From Nemertoderma westbladi (taxonomy: Eukaryota > Animalia > Xenacoelomorpha), in assembly GCA_032718475.1 (NCBI GenBank), contig JAUCBJ010001307.1, positions 1 to 64,000 of the forward strand: DNA of 64,000 nt, given 5' to 3'. A program made the translations under genes and the position numbers. The notes beneath the pieces are model-generated. The model saw only the letters and a program-made list of their open reading frames with translations. It searched no databases and was not told the origin of the DNA. Of the stretch, positions 60,488-64,000 are shown piece after piece. Every line of letters begins with the position of its first letter. Positions within the stretch are counted from its first letter, which is position 1.

Positions 60488-60807
60488 ATGATAGCTTGTA
60501 TGTTTGCAATTTACCTTACCTCGTCATCTGTCCCATCTGTCAATACTATATGCTGCCGCTATGCTCAACTCTACCATACTTGGCCGTCTTTAACCACTCA
60601 CTACAGGTCACCATTTCGATCCCACCTGGACGTCATTGCCAACTTTGCAAAAGCTGCGCCCAACAAAAAGTTGTACTGAATACTATGACATTCTCAAAAA
60701 CTACAAACAATAACTAACTGTTTAATTTCGTGAGTTTTATGTTTAATATTCAAAATTTTGCTTGCATTAGTGCAATTTTCAGGTACCTATTGAATTTTAG
60801 TATGACC

Positions 60808-61105
60808 TACTAGGATCGGTATGCTGCATTGCAGCTGGGTTCCACAACTCCCTATCACCCATGACATTTGCTAGATCATCCGCATCTTCATGGCCAGTGT
60901 CTTTTAAGATGCGTTTCAAGAAAGTCATGGGCTGTCCAGTGTCCACCATGCTTATTCACTCCATGAGGCCACCAAAGCACAAGATTATGCACTGGCTGGT
61001 CATCATGGATGATGAGGCCCATCATCCATAGCTACTCTGACGCACATAACCCACATTGGCTGTGCAGGCACATCTGCTGGGCTATGCCCTGAACCCCCGA
61101 TACCG
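60808..61105 (-). mobile_element. Bipartite non-autonomous RTE derivative (5' UTR head fused to 3' end)
   Basis: 61008-61098 is homologous to 11427-11512; 60808-61005 is homologous to 11537-11765; 10-bp TSD tagtatgacc at 60798-60807 and 61106-61115. Confidence 0.85.
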
Positions 61106-61368
61106 TAGTATGACCGACGGTATCAATTAGTATAAATAATGCTATTAGGGCAAACAAAAGTGTTGTTTGTGTGTGATATGCGCAATCAATTTGTGTGTAT
61201 GGACGATAAATATGAATGTGTATGTGCGATTTGGGCGCATGTATCGTGCAATGTAGCATCAGTGCTGGTGCCCTCTGAGTGGGTTATGGATACAGTAATA
61301 GACCAATATCACGACATACTAAATTTTCTGCATTATACTATACATACCATAAATGGCGAGGTACAAAC

Positions 61369-62413
61369 CAAGGTGTACTAAATAACAGGTCATGCAGCGA
61401 GGATTGCTGAAATTAGCGTGGGCCGACCTTTTCCCTATTTATGGCACTATTTTCATAATATTTCCTTAGAAACTTATTTTATGCTACTTTTGTTAGATGG
61501 ATATGATGACTAGGGTTCATAGAAATGTAATAAAATGTCTTTCTGGAATTTTTATCTTGTAGTTGCCAAGGTAACCGTGTGCAACGTTCAAACTTTGCGC
61601 GCCTGTATTTCAAGGCGACAATGGATTCTTCCCGTGAGATTTGGTAGATGATTAAAGGAAATAAAAGTATATCAAAATATTTTACATTTGAATTTGTTTA
61701 CATTCCCGTTGCCATGGAAATAAGTATAATGAAAAATTTGAAAAATTGTCTACCAATTCTATAAAACACCATTCGGTTTATCAGTCTAAATAATAAGTTA
61801 AAATTGCCAACATTTTATTGTATAATTCGTCAATTGTGAATCATATTTCTAAGTCATTAATTGCCAATAAACTAAACTGTCCAATCAGAGAACAAGACCT
61901 GTGATAGCATGATTTTGACATTCCAGAATATTAAATGTCGGTTAGCAATTAGTAGAAATAAAGGACAGCCACCAAGCATGTTTGTTGAAAATTATATAAG
62001 TAGTAAATAGTAGCCCAATTTCTATCTGGCGGTAATAATGGGAAATTATCGTAATTCCCGTCACCATGGAAATGGGATTGAAAATAAAATTAAATGTAAA
62101 ATATTTTGATAGACTTTTATTCCCTTTACTCATATACCAAATCTCAAGAACAGAATCCATTGTCGTCTGAATCACAGGCCCTCGAAATTTGAACTTTGCA
62201 CCCGGTTACCTTGGCAACTACAAGATAAAAATTCCAGAAAGACATTTTATTACATTTCTATGAACCCTAGTCATCATATCCACCTAACCAAAGTTGCATA
62301 AGAGAGGTTTCTAAGAAAATATTATGAAAATAGTGTCATGAATAGGGAAACGATCGGCCCTCGCTAATTTCAGGAATCCGCTCACTGCATGACCTGTTAT
62401 TTAGTACACCTTG
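61369..62413. mobile_element. Non-autonomous DNA transposon with ~230-bp TIRs (P- or hAT-type)
   Basis: caaggtgtac...gtacaccttg termini; 8-bp TSD gtacaaac at 61361-61368 and 62414-62421. Confidence 0.88.
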
Positions 62414-62649
62414 GTACAAACACACCACTAAGATTTATCACCAGCCAGCGCCACAATATATAGTTCGTGATCAACTATGTAAATGAAATCACCAAATCAT
62501 TTTTTATATTTTAGCAGATGGCTAACCACCACGTTTCTTCACACCACCAGTTGGGGTATCTCAGTAATGTGGTTACCGGGATATTCAGCCATGACCGTTT
62601 TTATTAAATGTTATGACAGTTTAGGGGATTTCAAATAACTACACACAGT

Positions 62650-63505
62650 TATAGTATATACGGTATAGTATGGCGCCCCCAGACCTTCCAGTAATCTGCG
62701 AGGGCTGCGGCGAGCCCTTCGACACTGCGCACGCTCTCAGCTGCAAGGTCGGAGGGCTAGTTATTCGCCGGCACAATGAGATCCGGGACGTGTTTGGTGA
62801 CCTTCTTGCGGAGGACTTCGGTGCGACTAACGTCAAGCGGGAGGTCACATAGGCCGAAGGTCACCTGGTCTCGGATTGGCAGGCGGTGGAGGGGGTGAGG
62901 GCGGATTTGGTATCCAGGGGTGTTTGGGCGAACCAGGTAGAGGCGTCTTTCGACGTATCGATTATAAATCTTGACGCCACTTCCTATGTTCGCTCAAATG
63001 CCTCAACGGAGACCTTACTCGCCCAGAGGGAGCGGGTCAAGCGGGCCCACTACCAGGAGGCCTGCGAATCCCGCAGGATGCACTTCACCCCGTTGGTGTG
63101 TTCCACCGACGGTGTGTGGGGTGCGGAGGCGGCTGTATTCATCCGGCACCTTGCGGAGACCCTATGATCTAAGAGGGTCGGGATGAGACAGCGGGGTTTG
63201 GGAGAGGTTTTGGGTGCGGTGAGGCAGCGGCTGCAGTTTGGTCACCTTCAGGCGACCTCTCTGTGCCTCTGGGGTGGTAGGAGGCCATGGCGGGGCCTCG
63301 GGTTTGGGGATGGGGCGGGGATTCGGGGTGTTGACCCAGATATGTACTGATTACATATCTGTTTCTTTATTGTAAATATTTATTGTTAACCTGTGCTTCA
63401 ATCTTAATTATTCTACTTAATTAATTTGTGATCATTTGTGCTTCGCCTGATTTTATAATTTAGTAATGGAATAATAAATTGATTAAATATGGCACAATAT
63501 CGCCG
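62650..63505 (+). mobile_element. 5'-truncated CRE-clade non-LTR retrotransposon (CCHC plus restriction-like endonuclease)
   Basis: CEGCGEPFDTAHALSC, RHNEIRD, RADL, FDV, K.HY, FTPLVCSTDG, all in one frame with two stops; candidate 12-bp TSD actacacacagt at 62638-62649 and 63506-63517. Confidence 0.88.
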
Positions 63506-64000
63506 ACTACACACAGTACGAACCGGGATAATTTAATATCGAAGATTTATGTAGCTTTGATATTAGAATAAACTAAAATAAGATTGGACAAATTCAATGC
63601 TTTTGATTTTCTAACGCAGACTTTATATTACAATATCAACCTCCAGTATCTAGAGGCCTGAGTGATTTTAGAGTACTGTAGGCATCCCATTAATTTATTG
63701 AATTATTGTAGGCCTAAAATTTTCTTTCAGTTCACACTAAACCCGGTACTGCACCTATGGTGCAGATTAAAACTACTTAAAACTGAAAGAAATTTGGTAC
63801 AGTGGGTGCTACGGTGCCGGTTGTTATTTAATAATTGTTCTACTTAAATTGCTCTATCAATTACTATCACAAATTCAATGTTAGTAGCTGCTAATAAATA
63901 TATTTTTGGTTTTGATGAAAATATTTATATAATATTTTATGGACTGGTAAGGAATACATTGACAGGGGGAATGGGGGTAGCTTTCTACAGGAAGACAGCG

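Overview
AT-rich metazoan (probably bilaterian invertebrate) genomic window dominated by nested transposable elements. Three intronless host genes lie on the minus strand: a tetraspanin, a class A GPCR and a divergent 7TM receptor. Mobile elements include tandem non-autonomous Helitrons carrying a 146-bp minisatellite, at least two RTE-clade LINE families, a decayed BEL/Pao, an RT-deleted Mag-clade Ty3/gypsy, a Penelope-like element, hAT, IS3EU-like and near-intact Sola2 DNA transposons, CRE-clade fragments, tRNA-derived SINEs and MITEs. The most notable observations are: (1) the units of the Helitron 146-bp array carry a match to the extended CTCF motif; (2) a decayed ~1000-codon orphan gene with virus-like compact organisation, split at its start by an RTE insertion; (3) a 298-bp bipartite RTE 5'+3' mini-element with its own target-site duplication. 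No prokaryotic systems, CRISPR arrays or rRNA were seen. All calls come from manual reading; no database searches were run.
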